Positions 52,277 through 63,880 of a stretch of 64,000 nt of DNA are shown here, in pieces; the stretch's first letter is position 1, and every line of letters starts with the position of its first letter. The notes under the pieces were generated by a model, which did not search any database, was not told where the DNA came from, and worked only from the letters and a program-made list of their open reading frames with translations. The translations under genes and the position numbers were made by a program. Source of the stretch: Escherichia coli (lineage in GTDB: Bacteria > Pseudomonadota > Gammaproteobacteria > Enterobacterales > Enterobacteriaceae); the NCBI RefSeq assembly GCF_050920415.1, contig NZ_CP169309.1; one strand, 5' to 3'.

Positions 52277-52722
52277 TGGCAGCACTTACTGCAAGCTGTA
52301 TTGACCTGAATATTCAGGGCAATGGCACTTATTCCGTTCTGAAGCAGTTAGCGACAATAGCGTTACAAAACGGTTTTATCACCGACTCACATCAATTCCT
52401 GCAAACCCTGCTGCTGCGCGAAAAAATGCACTCCACGGGATTTGGTTCCGGTGTCGCCGTGCCGCACGGTAAAAGCGCCTGTGTTAAACAACCGTTCGTA
52501 TTATTCGCTCGCAAAGCGCAGGCCATTGACTGGAAAGCCAGCGATGGCGAAGACGTCAATTGCTGGATCTGCCTCGGCGTGCCGCAAAGTGGCGAAGAGG
52601 ATCAGGTCAAAATCATCGGCACACTGTGTCGCAAAATTATCCACCAGGATTTTATCAACCAACTGCGACAAGGCGACGCCGTCCAGGTGCTTGCTTTGTT
52701 AAATCAAACCCTCAGCTCATAA
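52277..52722 (+). CDS. frvA: PTS fructose-like EIIA component
   Basis: Recognised N-terminus MAALTASCIDLNIQGNGTYSVLKQLATIALQNGFITDSHQF... (148 aa) at the internal ATG 52277 of the track ORF 52147-52722; conserved HGKS-type phosphorylation region present. Confidence 0.88.
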
Positions 52723-52732
52723 GGAAGTGGCG

Positions 52733-54184
52733 ATGGAGTCATCCTTACGTATTGTCGCGATCACCAACTGCCCCGCCGGGATCGCTCACACCTACATGGT
52801 GGCGGAAGCCCTGGAACAGAAAGCCCGTTCTCTCGGCCATACCATTAAAGTGGAAACTCAAGGGTCAAGCGGCGTTGAAAACCGCTTATCCTGCGAAGAG
52901 ATTGCCGCTGCCGATTATGTCATTCTCGCTACCGGGCGTGGCCTGAGCGGTGACGATCGCGCGCGGTTTGCCGGGAAAAAGGTGTATGAGATTGCCATCT
53001 CTCAGGCACTGAAAAATATCGACCATATTTTCAGTGAATTGCCGACAAACTCACAACTTTTTGCCGCAGATAGCGGCGTGAAGCTCGGCAAACAGGAAGT
53101 GCAAAGTGGCAGCGTAATGAGCCATCTGATGGCGGGCGTCTCTGCGGCGCTGCCGTTTGTCATCGGTGGCGGTATCCTGGTGGCGCTTGCCAACATGCTG
53201 GTGCAGTTCGGTTTGCCGTATACCGATATGTCGAAAGGTGCGCCGTCGTTTACCTGGGTGGTTGAATCCATCGGTTATCTCGGTTTCACCTTTATGATCC
53301 CCATCATGGGCGCTTATATTGCCTCGTCGATAGCCGATAAACCCGCTTTCGCTCCGGCGTTTCTGGTTTGCTATCTGGCGAACGACAAAGCCCTGCTCGG
53401 CACCCAGTCTGGCGCGGGCTTCCTCGGTGCGGTGGTGCTGGGGCTGGCGATTGGCTATTTCGTCTTCTGGTTCCGTAAAGTCCGTCTCGGCAAAGCGTTA
53501 CAACCGCTGCTCGGTTCCATGCTTATCCCGTTCGTTACTCTGCTGGTTTTTGGCGTACTGACTTACTACGTTATCGGACCGGTGATGTCCGATCTCATGG
53601 GCGGGCTGCTGCACTTCCTGAACACCATCCCTCCATCAATGAAGTTTGCGGCGGCGTTTCTGGTCGGTGCGATGCTGGCGTTCGATATGGGCGGCCCCAT
53701 CAACAAAACCGCCTGGTTCTTCTGCTTCTCACTGCTGGAAAAACACATTTACGACTGGTACGCCATCGTCGGCGTTGTCGCGCTAATGCCGCCTGTCGCG
53801 GCGGGTCTTGCGACGTTCATTGCGCCCAAACTGTTTACTCAACAGGAAAAAGAAGCCGCCAGTAGTGCCATTGTGGTCGGTGCCACAGTCGCAACCGAAC
53901 CGGCTATTCCTTACGCTCTGGCCGCTCCGTTACCGATGATTACCGCCAACACGCTGGCGGGCGGTATTACCGGCGTGCTGGTGATCACTTTCGGAATCAA
54001 ACGGCTGGCACCGGGTTTGGGTATCTTTGACCCGCTGATCGGCCTGATGTCGCCGGTAGGTTCATTTTATCTGGTGCTGGCGATTGGCCTCGCGCTGAAC
54101 ATTTCATTCATTATCGTCCTGAAAGGATTATGGTTACGCCGCAAAGCCAAAGCTGCGCAACAGGAGCTTGTCCATGAACATTGA
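52733..54184 (+). CDS. frvB: PTS fructose-like EIIBC component
   Basis: MESSLRIVAITNCPAGIAHTYMVAEALEQKA... (EIIB cysteine motif NCPAG) followed by a polytopic EIIC domain; ATG at 52733 (track ORF begins at GTG 52727). Confidence 0.92.
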   Translation: MESSLRIVAITNCPAGIAHTYMVAEALEQKARSLGHTIKVETQGSSGVENRLSCEEIAAADYVILATGRGLSGDDRARFAGKKVYEIAISQALKNIDHIFSELPTNSQLFAADSGVKLGKQEVQSGSVMSHLMAGVSAALPFVIGGGILVALANMLVQFGLPYTDMSKGAPSFTWVVESIGYLGFTFMIPIMGAYIASSIADKPAFAPAFLVCYLANDKALLGTQSGAGFLGAVVLGLAIGYFVFWFRKVRLGKALQPLLGSMLIPFVTLLVFGVLTYYVIGPVMSDLMGGLLHFLNTIPPSMKFAAAFLVGAMLAFDMGGPINKTAWFFCFSLLEKHIYDWYAIVGVVALMPPVAAGLATFIAPKLFTQQEKEAASSAIVVGATVATEPAIPYALAAPLPMITANTLAGGITGVLVITFGIKRLAPGLGIFDPLIGLMSPVGSFYLVLAIGLALNISFIIVLKGLWLRRKAKAAQQELVHEH

Positions 54185-55244
54185 GTTACTGCAACAGTTG
54201 TGCGAAGCCAGCGCCGTCAGCGGCGATGAACAGGAAGTTCGCGACATTCTGATGAACACGCTGGAACCCTGCGTGAATGAGATCACCTTCGATGGTCTGG
54301 GCAGCTTTGTTGCCCGTAAGGGGAATAAAGGGCCGAAAGTTGCCGTTGTCGGGCATATGGATGAAGTCGGCTTTATGGTCACCCACATCGACGAGAGCGG
54401 TTTTCTGCGTTTTACCACCATTGGCGGCTGGTGGAATCAGTCGATGCTCAACCACCGGGTAACCATACGCACACACAAGGGAGTGAAAATCCCTGGTGTA
54501 ATTGGCTCCGTCGCGCCACATGCGTTAACCGAAAAGCAAAAGCAACAACCGCTGTCATTTGATGAGATGTTCATTGATATTGGCGCAAACAGTCGCGAAG
54601 AAGCGGAAAAACGTGGCGTGGAAATTGGCGATTTTATTAGCCCGGAAGCCAATTTTGCCTGCTGGGGCGAAGATAAAGTGGTCGGCAAGGCGTTGGATAA
54701 CCGCATCGGCTGCGCAATGATGGCTGAGCTATTGCAGACGGTGAATAACCCCGAAATTACGCTGTATGGCGTTGGCAGTGTGGAAGAAGAAGTTGGGCTA
54801 CGCGGGGCGCAAACCTCGGCTGAACACATTAAACCGGATGTGGTGATCGTGCTGGATACCGCTGTCGCGGGCGATGTTCCAGGCATTGATAACATTAAAT
54901 ATCCGCTGAAACTGGGCAACGGGCCGGGGCTGATGCTGTTTGACAAGCGCTACTTCCCCAACCAGAAACTGGTAGCAGCGTTAAAAAGCTGTGCCACGCA
55001 GAATGATTTACCGCTGCAATTTTCCACTATGAAAACCGGTGCGACGGATGGCGGGCGCTACAACGTGATGGGCGGCGGGCGTCCGGTTGTCGCGCTGTGC
55101 CTGCCAACGCGTTATCTGCACGCCAATAGCGGTATGATTTCAAAAGCCGATTACGATGCTCTGCTCACGTTGATAAGGGATTTTCTGACCACTTTAACCG
55201 CGGAGAAAGTCAACGCGTTTAGCCAGTTCCGTCAGGTGGATTAA
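54174..55244 (+). CDS. frvX: M42-family aminopeptidase / cellulase-like protein FrvX
   Basis: MNIELLQQLCEASAVSGDEQEVRDILMNTLEPCVNEITFDGLGSFVARKGNKGPKVAVVGHMDEVGF...; overlaps the frvB 3' end. Confidence 0.92.
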   Translation: MNIELLQQLCEASAVSGDEQEVRDILMNTLEPCVNEITFDGLGSFVARKGNKGPKVAVVGHMDEVGFMVTHIDESGFLRFTTIGGWWNQSMLNHRVTIRTHKGVKIPGVIGSVAPHALTEKQKQQPLSFDEMFIDIGANSREEAEKRGVEIGDFISPEANFACWGEDKVVGKALDNRIGCAMMAELLQTVNNPEITLYGVGSVEEEVGLRGAQTSAEHIKPDVVIVLDTAVAGDVPGIDNIKYPLKLGNGPGLMLFDKRYFPNQKLVAALKSCATQNDLPLQFSTMKTGATDGGRYNVMGGGRPVVALCLPTRYLHANSGMISKADYDALLTLIRDFLTTLTAEKVNAFSQFRQVD

Positions 55245-56992
55245 TGCTAAACGAACGCCAGTTAAAGATTGTCGATCTGCTGGAGCAACAGCCACGCACG
55301 CCTGGCGAGCTGGCGCAACAGACTGGCGTTTCTGGCAGGACCATCCTGCGTGATATTGACTATCTCAACTTTACCCTTAACGGCAAAGCCCGCATTTCCG
55401 CCAGTGGCAACGCGGGCTATCAGCTGGAAATCTTCGAGCGCCGCAGCTTTTTTCAGTTGCTGCAAAAGCACGATAACGACGATCGGCTGCTGGCGCTGTT
55501 ATTACTGAATACCTTTACTCCCCGTGCGCAACTCGCCTCGGCGCTTAATTTGCCAGAAACGTGGGTAGCAGAGCGCCTGCCCCGCCTGAAACAGCGCTAT
55601 GAACGCGGTTTTTGTCTCGCTAGTCGCCCTGGTTTGGGCCATTTCATTGATGAGACAGAAGAGAAACGCATTATTTTGCTGGCGAATCTTTTACGCAAAG
55701 ATCCGTTTTTAATTCCGCTGTCGGGAGTAACACGAGACAATTTTCAACAATTAACCACCGCCTGCGAAAAGCAACGTCGCTGGCCGCTGATGCAAGGCGA
55801 CTATCTCTCAAGCCTGATTCTGGCTATTTACGCGTTGCGTAATCAGCTTACTGACACATGGCCTGAATATCCCGGTAGCGAGATAAAACAGATTGTTGAA
55901 TATAGCGGCCTGTTTCTTGGTGATAACGCTGTAAGAACGTTGACGGGGTTGATAGAAAAACAGCATCAACAGGCGCAGGTTATTTGTGTCGATAATGTGC
56001 TGGCATTGCTGCAAAGGGTGCCGGGCATTGCGTCATTGAATATTATTGATACGCAACTGGTTGAGAATATTACCGGGCATTTATTACGTTGCCTTGCCGC
56101 GCCGGTGTGGATTGGAGAGCACCGCCAAAGCAGCATGAATAACCTGAAAGCCGCCTGGCCTGCGGCCTTTGATATGAGTCTGCACTTTATTACGCTACTG
56201 CGTGAACAACTCGATATTCCCCTTTTCGACAGCGATCTGATTGGTTTGTATTTTGCCTGTGCGCTGGAACGGCATCAAAACGAACGCCAGCCGATCATTT
56301 TGCTCTCTGATCAGAACGCGATTGCCACTATTAATCAGCTCGCCATTGAGCGCGATGTCCTGAATTGTCGGGTGATTATTGCCCGCAGCGTAAGCGAACT
56401 GGTTGCCATTCGCGAAGAGATTGAGCCGTTATTGATCATTAATAACAGCCATTATTTACTGGATGACGCGGTCAATAATTGCATCATCGTAAAAAATATC
56501 ATTACGGCTGCCGGTATCGAACAAATAAAACATTTTCTGGCGACGGCATTTATTCGCCAGCAACCGGAGCGTTTTTTTTCTGCCCCCGGAAGTTTTCATT
56601 ATTCGAATGTACGTGGTGAAAGCTGGCAACATATTACCCGGCAAATATGTGCGCAATTAGTGACGCAACACCACATTACCGCCGATGAAGCACAACGGAT
56701 CATCGCCCGCGAAAGCGAAGGCGAAAACCTGATTGTTAATCGTCTCGCCATCCCACATTGCTGGAGCGAACAGGAACGACGTTTTCGTGGATTTTTTATT
56801 ACCCTCGCCCAACCGGTTGAGGTGAATAACGAAGTCATTAACCATGTGCTGATCGCCTGTGCCGCCGCCGATGCGCGTCATGAGCTAAAAATATTTAGCT
56901 ATCTTGCCAGCGTATTGTGCCAGCATCCGGCAGAGGTTATTGCCGGGTTAACAGGATATGAGGCATTTATGGAGTTACTTCACAAGGGGTGA
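55244..56992 (+). CDS. frvR: putative frv operon regulator (HTH plus PRD/PTS-regulatory-like domains)
   Basis: 582-aa ORF MLNERQLKIVDLLEQQPRTPGELAQQTGVSGRTILRDIDYLNF...; start overlaps the frvX stop (TAATG). Confidence 0.9.
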   Translation: MLNERQLKIVDLLEQQPRTPGELAQQTGVSGRTILRDIDYLNFTLNGKARISASGNAGYQLEIFERRSFFQLLQKHDNDDRLLALLLLNTFTPRAQLASALNLPETWVAERLPRLKQRYERGFCLASRPGLGHFIDETEEKRIILLANLLRKDPFLIPLSGVTRDNFQQLTTACEKQRRWPLMQGDYLSSLILAIYALRNQLTDTWPEYPGSEIKQIVEYSGLFLGDNAVRTLTGLIEKQHQQAQVICVDNVLALLQRVPGIASLNIIDTQLVENITGHLLRCLAAPVWIGEHRQSSMNNLKAAWPAAFDMSLHFITLLREQLDIPLFDSDLIGLYFACALERHQNERQPIILLSDQNAIATINQLAIERDVLNCRVIIARSVSELVAIREEIEPLLIINNSHYLLDDAVNNCIIVKNIITAAGIEQIKHFLATAFIRQQPERFFSAPGSFHYSNVRGESWQHITRQICAQLVTQHHITADEAQRIIARESEGENLIVNRLAIPHCWSEQERRFRGFFITLAQPVEVNNEVINHVLIACAAADARHELKIFSYLASVLCQHPAEVIAGLTGYEAFMELLHKG

Positions 56993-57047
56993 ACTGTGTC
57001 GGATGCGCCGCATCCGACACTGCATTTATCACCAAAATCAAAAACAT

Positions 57048-58103
57048 TTAACGCAGGCGATTATAATCATCGACCATTTCGTTGTACTCGCGTAACGCTC
57101 GCGGAAATGAGTCGTCGACCATCCAGCTTGTGTTTGCATCCTGAAGTTGCTCTTTATCCCAGTCAGAATACGGAACTTTATCTCTGACGCGGCGAACATA
57201 TTTTTTAGCCTCGAGTTGATACTGGTCTGCCGAATTAATGAACGAGAAATTCATACCGCCTTTATCCGCTTCTTTGGCCTGCGCCACCAGCGTTTCCAGT
57301 TCAGAGACTTTCTTCATTGCCGCATCAACATCAAACTTCTCTTGCGAAATCAGGTTATTAATTTGTTTCGCTGAAATCATGACTGCCAGGGAGTAGTAGT
57401 GGAATGTTTTTCCTTCTGTTTCTTCAATATTTTTCAGTTCCGCAAGCTGACGCTTATCGTTAATTTCCTGAATCGCCGCATGATAAGATTCTGCTACAGG
57501 TTCAAAGGCTTCAAGATTTTTTAAGAATGTCTGGTGCAGCGTTTTCCCTTTCGCAAACGCATCGTCTTTATAATTTTCCTGGGTGTAATATTTATCCATT
57601 TCGTTAATGGTATTACCCAACGCCACGGCAGCATCAATATAACTCACCGCCACGCCATCAATAGGTTGCAGCGCAGGCGTTAACGCCACAGCACTTTTTA
57701 CGCCTTTTTCACACTCAGCGAGGTTGGATTCACTAATACCGTAGATACCATAAACAGTACGCTCTTCACCGGTAGGGCCCTGTTTAAAATCTTTCAGCCA
57801 GTCAGCATAACGCGCCAGACTGCTCTGTACAGGAATCTGTAAGTTGTTGTAGCACTTGATATAGATATCCATTTTTTCGTCGAAAACCGCTTGTTCATCC
57901 ACCACCGGTTGCGCAGGTGTTTCAGGTTTAGCTTCTGCTTTTGCAACGGGAGCTTCAGTAGGTTTCGCTTCAGGAGCTAGTGCGGCAGGTTGACTATTGG
58001 CAGGCGGGGGCGTTTCTGTTTCGGTTTTTTTATCATCACAACCCGTGATACCGAGAGCCATGATGGCGGCTATAATAGCGGAAGATAATAAATTCCTTTT
58101 CAT
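57048..58103 (-). CDS. yiiG: YiiG-family (DUF3829) lipoprotein
   Basis: 351-aa ORF with lipoprotein signal MKRNLLSSAIIAAIMALGITG|CDDKK (lipobox LGITGC). Confidence 0.88.
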   Translation of the reverse strand: MKRNLLSSAIIAAIMALGITGCDDKKTETETPPPANSQPAALAPEAKPTEAPVAKAEAKPETPAQPVVDEQAVFDEKMDIYIKCYNNLQIPVQSSLARYADWLKDFKQGPTGEERTVYGIYGISESNLAECEKGVKSAVALTPALQPIDGVAVSYIDAAVALGNTINEMDKYYTQENYKDDAFAKGKTLHQTFLKNLEAFEPVAESYHAAIQEINDKRQLAELKNIEETEGKTFHYYSLAVMISAKQINNLISQEKFDVDAAMKKVSELETLVAQAKEADKGGMNFSFINSADQYQLEAKKYVRRVRDKVPYSDWDKEQLQDANTSWMVDDSFPRALREYNEMVDDYNRLR

Positions 58104-58255
58104 TTAATTGCCTTATAAATATATAGATAAGAGAGTAAACATAATAAAGGAAAAAAGAAAATGCCACTACACGCGTTTTGTTTATAAATAAAACGATAAA
58201 ATTCACGAAATGAATAAGTCCTGCAATTTAATATATATCGCAGGACTTATTTTAA

Positions 58256-59089
58256 TTAATTACTCAAACGCTGCGGATGGGTATAAACCGTTGCCCGACC
58301 CGGCTTACAAAAGCCCACCAGCGTCAAATTACAGCGCTCAGCCACTTCTACGGCAAGCGTGGTCGCGGCAGACACCGCAAACAAAATTTCTACGCCGCAC
58401 ATCGCTGACTTTTGCACCATTTCATAACTGGCACGACTGGAAACCAGCACCGCACCTTGCTGCCAGCTTTCCCCTTCTTGTGACCGGCGGCCTAACAGTT
58501 TATCCAGCGCCACATGGCGACCCACGTCTTCATGCCCGCCTACCAGTTCGCCAGATGGCAACATCCAGGCAGCGGCGTGAGTACAACCAGTCAGTTGCCC
58601 CACTGGCTGGAAATCATTGAGATGGCGTAATGCATCATCCAGTTTGTTGAGATCAAATGTCTGAGTGAACGGCAGCGGCTGCACCGGTTTACCGATGTCA
58701 TTAAGTTGCTCCACGCCGCACACGCCACATCCCGTACGTCCCGCCAGTGCCCGACGACGCTCCTTCAACCCCATAAAGCGGCGGCTGGAAAGCTCAATTT
58801 GCACTTCCAGACCATTACAGGAAGGAACGACATCCATACCGAAGATATCGCGCGGACTTTCGATAATCCCCTCGGAAAGCGAAAAACCGAGCGCAAAGTA
58901 TTCAAGGTCTTTGGGCGACGCCATCATCACCACATGCGAAATGCCGTTGTAGACCAGCGCAACGGGAACCTCTTCCGCCACCTCATCTAACCGTGGGTGT
59001 TGTAAATCGTCACGCCGCCATAACTCAATTTGACGAACACCTGTGACATTTGTCACATTTTTGATTTCTTTTTGCTGTGTTTTTTTCAC
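58256..59089 (-). CDS. fdhD: formate dehydrogenase sulfurtransferase / accessory protein FdhD
   Basis: 277-aa [52 protein letters not shown]... recognised as FdhD. Confidence 0.95.
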   Translation of the reverse strand: MKKTQQKEIKNVTNVTGVRQIELWRRDDLQHPRLDEVAEEVPVALVYNGISHVVMMASPKDLEYFALGFSLSEGIIESPRDIFGMDVVPSCNGLEVQIELSSRRFMGLKERRRALAGRTGCGVCGVEQLNDIGKPVQPLPFTQTFDLNKLDDALRHLNDFQPVGQLTGCTHAAAWMLPSGELVGGHEDVGRHVALDKLLGRRSQEGESWQQGAVLVSSRASYEMVQKSAMCGVEILFAVSAATTLAVEVAERCNLTLVGFCKPGRATVYTHPQRLSN

Positions 59090-59282
59090 TTTCTATTAAC
59101 CGGATAAGAACACACACACCAACATTATGGTATTCTGTTACAAACCCTTCCTGGATGGAGGGAAATTGAGCCAATTCTGGACCTTTGCGGCCCCTTCCGC
59201 AAAGAAAAATAACTCCCACTCCCTGCACAAGCAGCAAGCGAATGTAAATGGGACGTGACAATGTCGAAACAAGGAGCAATCC

Positions 59283-62200
59283 ATGCAGGTCAGCAGAAGG
59301 CAGTTCTTTAAGATCTGCGCTGGCGGTATGGCAGGCACCACGGCAGCGGCACTGGGTTTTGCACCCAGCGTAGCACTCGCGGAAACCCGGCAGTATAAAC
59401 TGCTGCGCACCCGCGAAACCCGTAATACCTGCACCTATTGTTCCGTAGGCTGTGGGCTGTTGATGTACAGCCTCGGTGACGGAGCAAAAAACGCCAAAGC
59501 ATCTATCTTCCATATCGAAGGTGACCCGGATCACCCGGTCAACCGCGGTGCACTTTGTCCGAAAGGCGCTGGCCTGGTGGATTTCATCCACTCCGAAAGC
59601 CGTCTGAAGTTTCCGGAATACCGTGCGCCAGGTTCTGATAAATGGCAGCAAATCAGTTGGGAAGAGGCGTTTGATCGCATTGCCAAACTGATGAAAGAAG
59701 ACCGCGATGCTAACTACATTGCGCAAAACGCCGAAGGCGTGACTGTTAACCGCTGGCTCTCCACCGGGATGCTGTGTGCTTCCGCGTCGAGTAACGAAAC
59801 CGGCTATTTAACGCAAAAATTCTCCCGCGCGCTGGGTATGCTCGCGGTCGACAACCAGGCGCGTGTCTGACACGGACCAACGGTAGCAAGTCTTGCTCCA
59901 ACATTTGGTCGCGGTGCGATGACCAACCACTGGGTCGACATCAAGAACGCCAACCTCGTCGTGGTGATGGGCGGTAACGCCGCTGAAGCTCACCCGGTCG
60001 GGTTCCGCTGGGCGATGGAAGCCAAAATTCACAACGGCGCGAAGCTGATTGTGATCGATCCTCGCTTTACGCGTACGGCGGCGGTGGCTGACTACTATGC
60101 CCCTATTCGTTCCGGTACTGACATTGCTTTCCTGTCAGGCGTATTGCTGTACCTGCTGAACAATGAAAAATTCAACCGCGAATACACCGAAGCCTATACC
60201 AACGCCAGCCTGATCGTGCGTGAGGATTACGGCTTTGAAGATGGCCTGTTCACCGGCTACGACGCGGAAAAACGCAAGTACGATAAATCCTCCTGGACTT
60301 ACGAACTGGACGAAAACGGCTTCGCCAAACGCGATACCACGCTGCAACATCCGCGCTGCGTGTGGAACTTGCTGAAACAGCACGTTTCCCGTTATACGCC
60401 AGATGTGGTTGAAAACATCTGTGGCACGCCGAAAGACGCGTTCCTGAAAGTCTGCGAATACATCGCCGAAACCAGTGCTCACGATAAAACTGCCTCGTTC
60501 CTTTACGCGCTCGGCTGGACGCAACACTCCGTTGGTGCGCAGAACATTCGTACGATGGCGATGATCCAGCTGCTGCTCGGCAATATGGGGATGGCAGGCG
60601 GCGGCGTTAACGCCCTGCGCGGTCACTCCAACATTCAGGGGCTGACGGACCTGGGGCTGCTGTCGCAGAGCCTGCCAGGTTACATGACGCTGCCAAGCGA
60701 GAAGCAGACCGATCTGCAAACCTACCTTGCCGCCAACACGCCGAAACCGCTGCTGGAAGGCCAGGTTAACTACTGGGGCAATTACCCGAAATTCTTCGTC
60801 TCCATGATGAAGGCCTTCTTTGGTGATAAAGCGACGGCAGAAAACAGCTGGGGCTTTGACTGGTTGCCGAAGTGGGATAAAGGCTACGACGTCCTGCAAT
60901 ACTTCGAGATGATGAAAGAGGGCAAGGTCAATGGCTATATCTGCCAGGGCTTTAACCCTGTTGCCTCATTCCCGAACAAAAACAAAGTGATCGGTTGTCT
61001 GTCGAAACTGAAGTTCCTCGTCACTATCGACCCGCTGAACACTGAAACCTCTAACTTCTGGCAGAACCACGGTGAGCTGAACGAAGTGGACTCGTCGAAG
61101 ATCCAGACCGAAGTGTTCCGTCTGCCATCGACCTGCTTCGCGGAAGAGAACGGTTCAATCGTTAACTCCGGTCGCTGGTTGCAGTGGCACTGGAAAGGTG
61201 CGGACGCCCCGGGGATTGCGCTGACTGATGGCGAGATCCTCTCCGGTATCTTCCTGCGCTTGCGCAAGATGTACGCCGAACAGGGTGGCGCGAACCCGGA
61301 CCAGGTGCTGAACATGACCTGGAACTACGCCATTCCGCATGAGCCGAAGTCGGAAGAAGTAGCGATGGAGAGCAACGGTAAGGCGCTGGCCGATATTACC
61401 GATCCGGCAACCGGTGCGGTTATCGTCAAGAAAGGCCAACAACTTAGCTCGTTCGCACAACTGCGCGATGACGGTACCACCTCCTGTGGCTGCTGGATTT
61501 TCGCCGGTAGCTGGACGCCAGAGGGCAACCAGATGGCACGCCGTGATAACGCCGATCCGTCTGGCCTCGGTAACACGCTGGGCTGGGCATGGGCATGGCC
61601 GCTTAACCGCCGCATTCTGTATAACCGCGCCTCCGCAGATCCGCAGGGTAACCCGTGGGATCCGAAGCGTCAGTTGCTGAAATGGGACGGCACTAAGTGG
61701 ACCGGCTGGGATATTCCGGACTACAGCGCAGCACCTCCGGGCAGTGGCGTCGGGCCGTTTATCATGCAGCAGGAAGGCATGGGGCGTCTGTTTGCCCTCG
61801 ATAAGATGGCGGAAGGTCCGTTCCCGGAACACTACGAGCCGTTTGAAACGCCGCTGGGAACTAACCCGCTGCATCCAAACGTTATCTCGAACCCGGCTGC
61901 ACGTATCTTTAAAGACGACGCCGAAGCATTGGGTAAAGCCGATAAGTTCCCGTATGTCGGAACCACCTATCGTCTGACCGAGCACTTCCACTACTGGACC
62001 AAACACGCGCTGTTGAACGCGATTTTGCAACCAGAGCAGTTTGTGGAAATCGGTGAGTCGCTGGCGAATAAACTTGGCATTGCCCAGGGCGATACCGTGA
62101 AAGTCTCCTCCAACCGTGGCTATATCAAAGCCAAAGCGGTGGTGACCAAACGTATTCGCACGCTGAAAGCGAATGGCAAAGATATCGATACCATCGGTAT

Positions 62201-62333
62201 TCCGATTCACTGGGGCTATGAAGGTGTTGCGAAAAAAGGCTTTATTGCCAATACGTTAACGCCATTCGTTGGTGATGCGAACACGCAGACGCCGGAGTTT
62301 AAATCCTTCCTTGTGAATGTGGAAAAGGTGTAA
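59283..62333 (+). CDS. fdoG: formate dehydrogenase-O major (selenocysteine-containing) subunit; in-frame TGA at 59868-59870 decoded as Sec
   Basis: Track ORFs 59283-59870 and 59919-62333 are in the same frame and together give a 1016-aa protein. N-terminus has a twin-arginine signal (SRRQFFKICAGG). The TGA follows the conserved ...LAVDNQARV context of FdoG/FdnG. Confidence 0.93.
59871..59910 (+). promoter_or_regulatory. SECIS-type stem-loop region immediately 3' of the fdoG selenocysteine codon
   Basis: Bacterial SECIS elements lie directly downstream of the UGA. The sequence cacggaccaacggtagcaagtcttgctccaac contains a hairpin (gcaagtcttgc). Confidence 0.55.
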
Positions 62334-62345
62334 CGGAGACGACAT

Positions 62346-63248
62346 ATGGCTTATCAATCTCAAGATATCATTCGTCGTTCCGCGACTAACGGTCTGACCC
62401 CCGCGCCTCAGGCGCGGGACTTCCAGGAAGAAGTGGCGAAACTCATCGACGTCACCACCTGTATCGGCTGTAAAGCCTGTCAGGTGGCGTGTTCAGAGTG
62501 GAACGACATTCGCGATACCGTCGGCAATAACATTGGGGTGTACGACAACCCCAATGATTTAAGCGCCAAATCGTGGACGGTAATGCGCTTCTCGGAAGTG
62601 GAGCAGAACGACAAACTGGAATGGCTGATCCGCAAAGACGGCTGTATGCACTGTTCCGATCCAGGCTGCCTGAAAGCGTGCCCGGCGGAAGGAGCAATTA
62701 TTCAGTATGCCAACGGTATCGTCGACTTCCAGTCCGAGCAGTGCATCGGCTGCGGTTATTGCATTGCGGGCTGTCCGTTCGACATTCCGCGCCTCAACCC
62801 GGAAGACAACCGCGTCTACAAATGTACACTGTGCGTTGACCGCGTGGTGGTTGGGCAAGAACCGGCCTGCGTGAAGACCTGCCCAACGGGCGCGATTCAC
62901 TTCGGTACGAAAGAGTCGATGAAAACGCTGGCGAGCGAGCGCGTGGCGGAGCTGAAAACCCGTGGTTACGACAATGCGGGTCTGTACGATCCGGCAGGCG
63001 TGGGTGGTACACACGTTATGTACGTGCTGCACCATGCTGACAAGCCGAATCTGTATCATGGCTTGCCGGAGAACCCGGAAATCAGCGAAACCGTGAAATT
63101 CTGGAAAGGCATCTGGAAACCGCTCGCAGCTGTTGGCTTTGCGGCTACCTTCGCAGCCAGTATCTTCCACTACGTGGGTGTCGGTCCGAACCGTGCGGAT
63201 GAGGAAGAGAATAATCTGCACGAAGAGAAAGACGAGGAGCGCAAATGA
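62346..63248 (+). CDS. fdoH: formate dehydrogenase-O iron-sulfur subunit
   Basis: 300-aa ORF with four ferredoxin-type Cys clusters ([45 protein letters not shown]...CVKTCP) and a C-terminal TM anchor. Confidence 0.96.
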
Positions 63249-63880
63249 AACGACGTGACACCATCGTGCGCTACACCGCGCCGGAACGTATCAACCACTG
63301 GATCACCGCCTTCTGCTTCATCCTGGCGGCGGTGAGCGGGCTGGGCTTTTTGTTCCCGTCCTTCAACTGGTTGATGCAAATCATGGGCACACCGCAGCTG
63401 GCGCGAATTCTGCACCCGTTTGTCGGCGTGGTTATGTTTGCCTCGTTCATCATCATGTTTTTCCGTTACTGGCATCACAACCTAATCAATCGGGATGATA
63501 TCTTTTGGGCGAAGAATATTCGTAAGATCGTCGTCAACGAGGAAGTAGGTGACACCGGGCGTTATAACTTCGGTCAGAAATGCGTTTTCTGGGCGGCGAT
63601 TATTTTCCTGGTCCTGCTGCTGGTGAGCGGTGTGATTATCTGGCGTCCTTATTTTGCGCCTGCTTTCTCAATCCCGGTGATCCGATTCGCGTTAATGCTG
63701 CATTCATTTGCCGCAGTGGCGTTAATTGTGGTTATCATGGTGCATATCTACGCCGCCCTTTGGGTGAAAGGCACGATTACCGCCATGGTGGAAGGATGGG
63801 TTACCAGCGCATGGGCGAAGAAACATCACCCACGCTGGTACCGTGAGGTCCGCAAGACAACGGAAAAGAAAGCTGAATGA
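63245..63880 (+). CDS. fdoI: formate dehydrogenase-O cytochrome b556 subunit
   Basis: 211-aa [43 protein letters not shown]...; four TM helices with conserved His ligands. Confidence 0.96.

Noticed and set aside
60135-62210. Long minus-strand ORFs (254 aa and 351 aa) antisense to fdoG, and 62559-63221 antisense to fdoH
   Set aside because: They sit inside strongly supported formate dehydrogenase genes. They are GC-rich stop-free reverse frames with no independent support.
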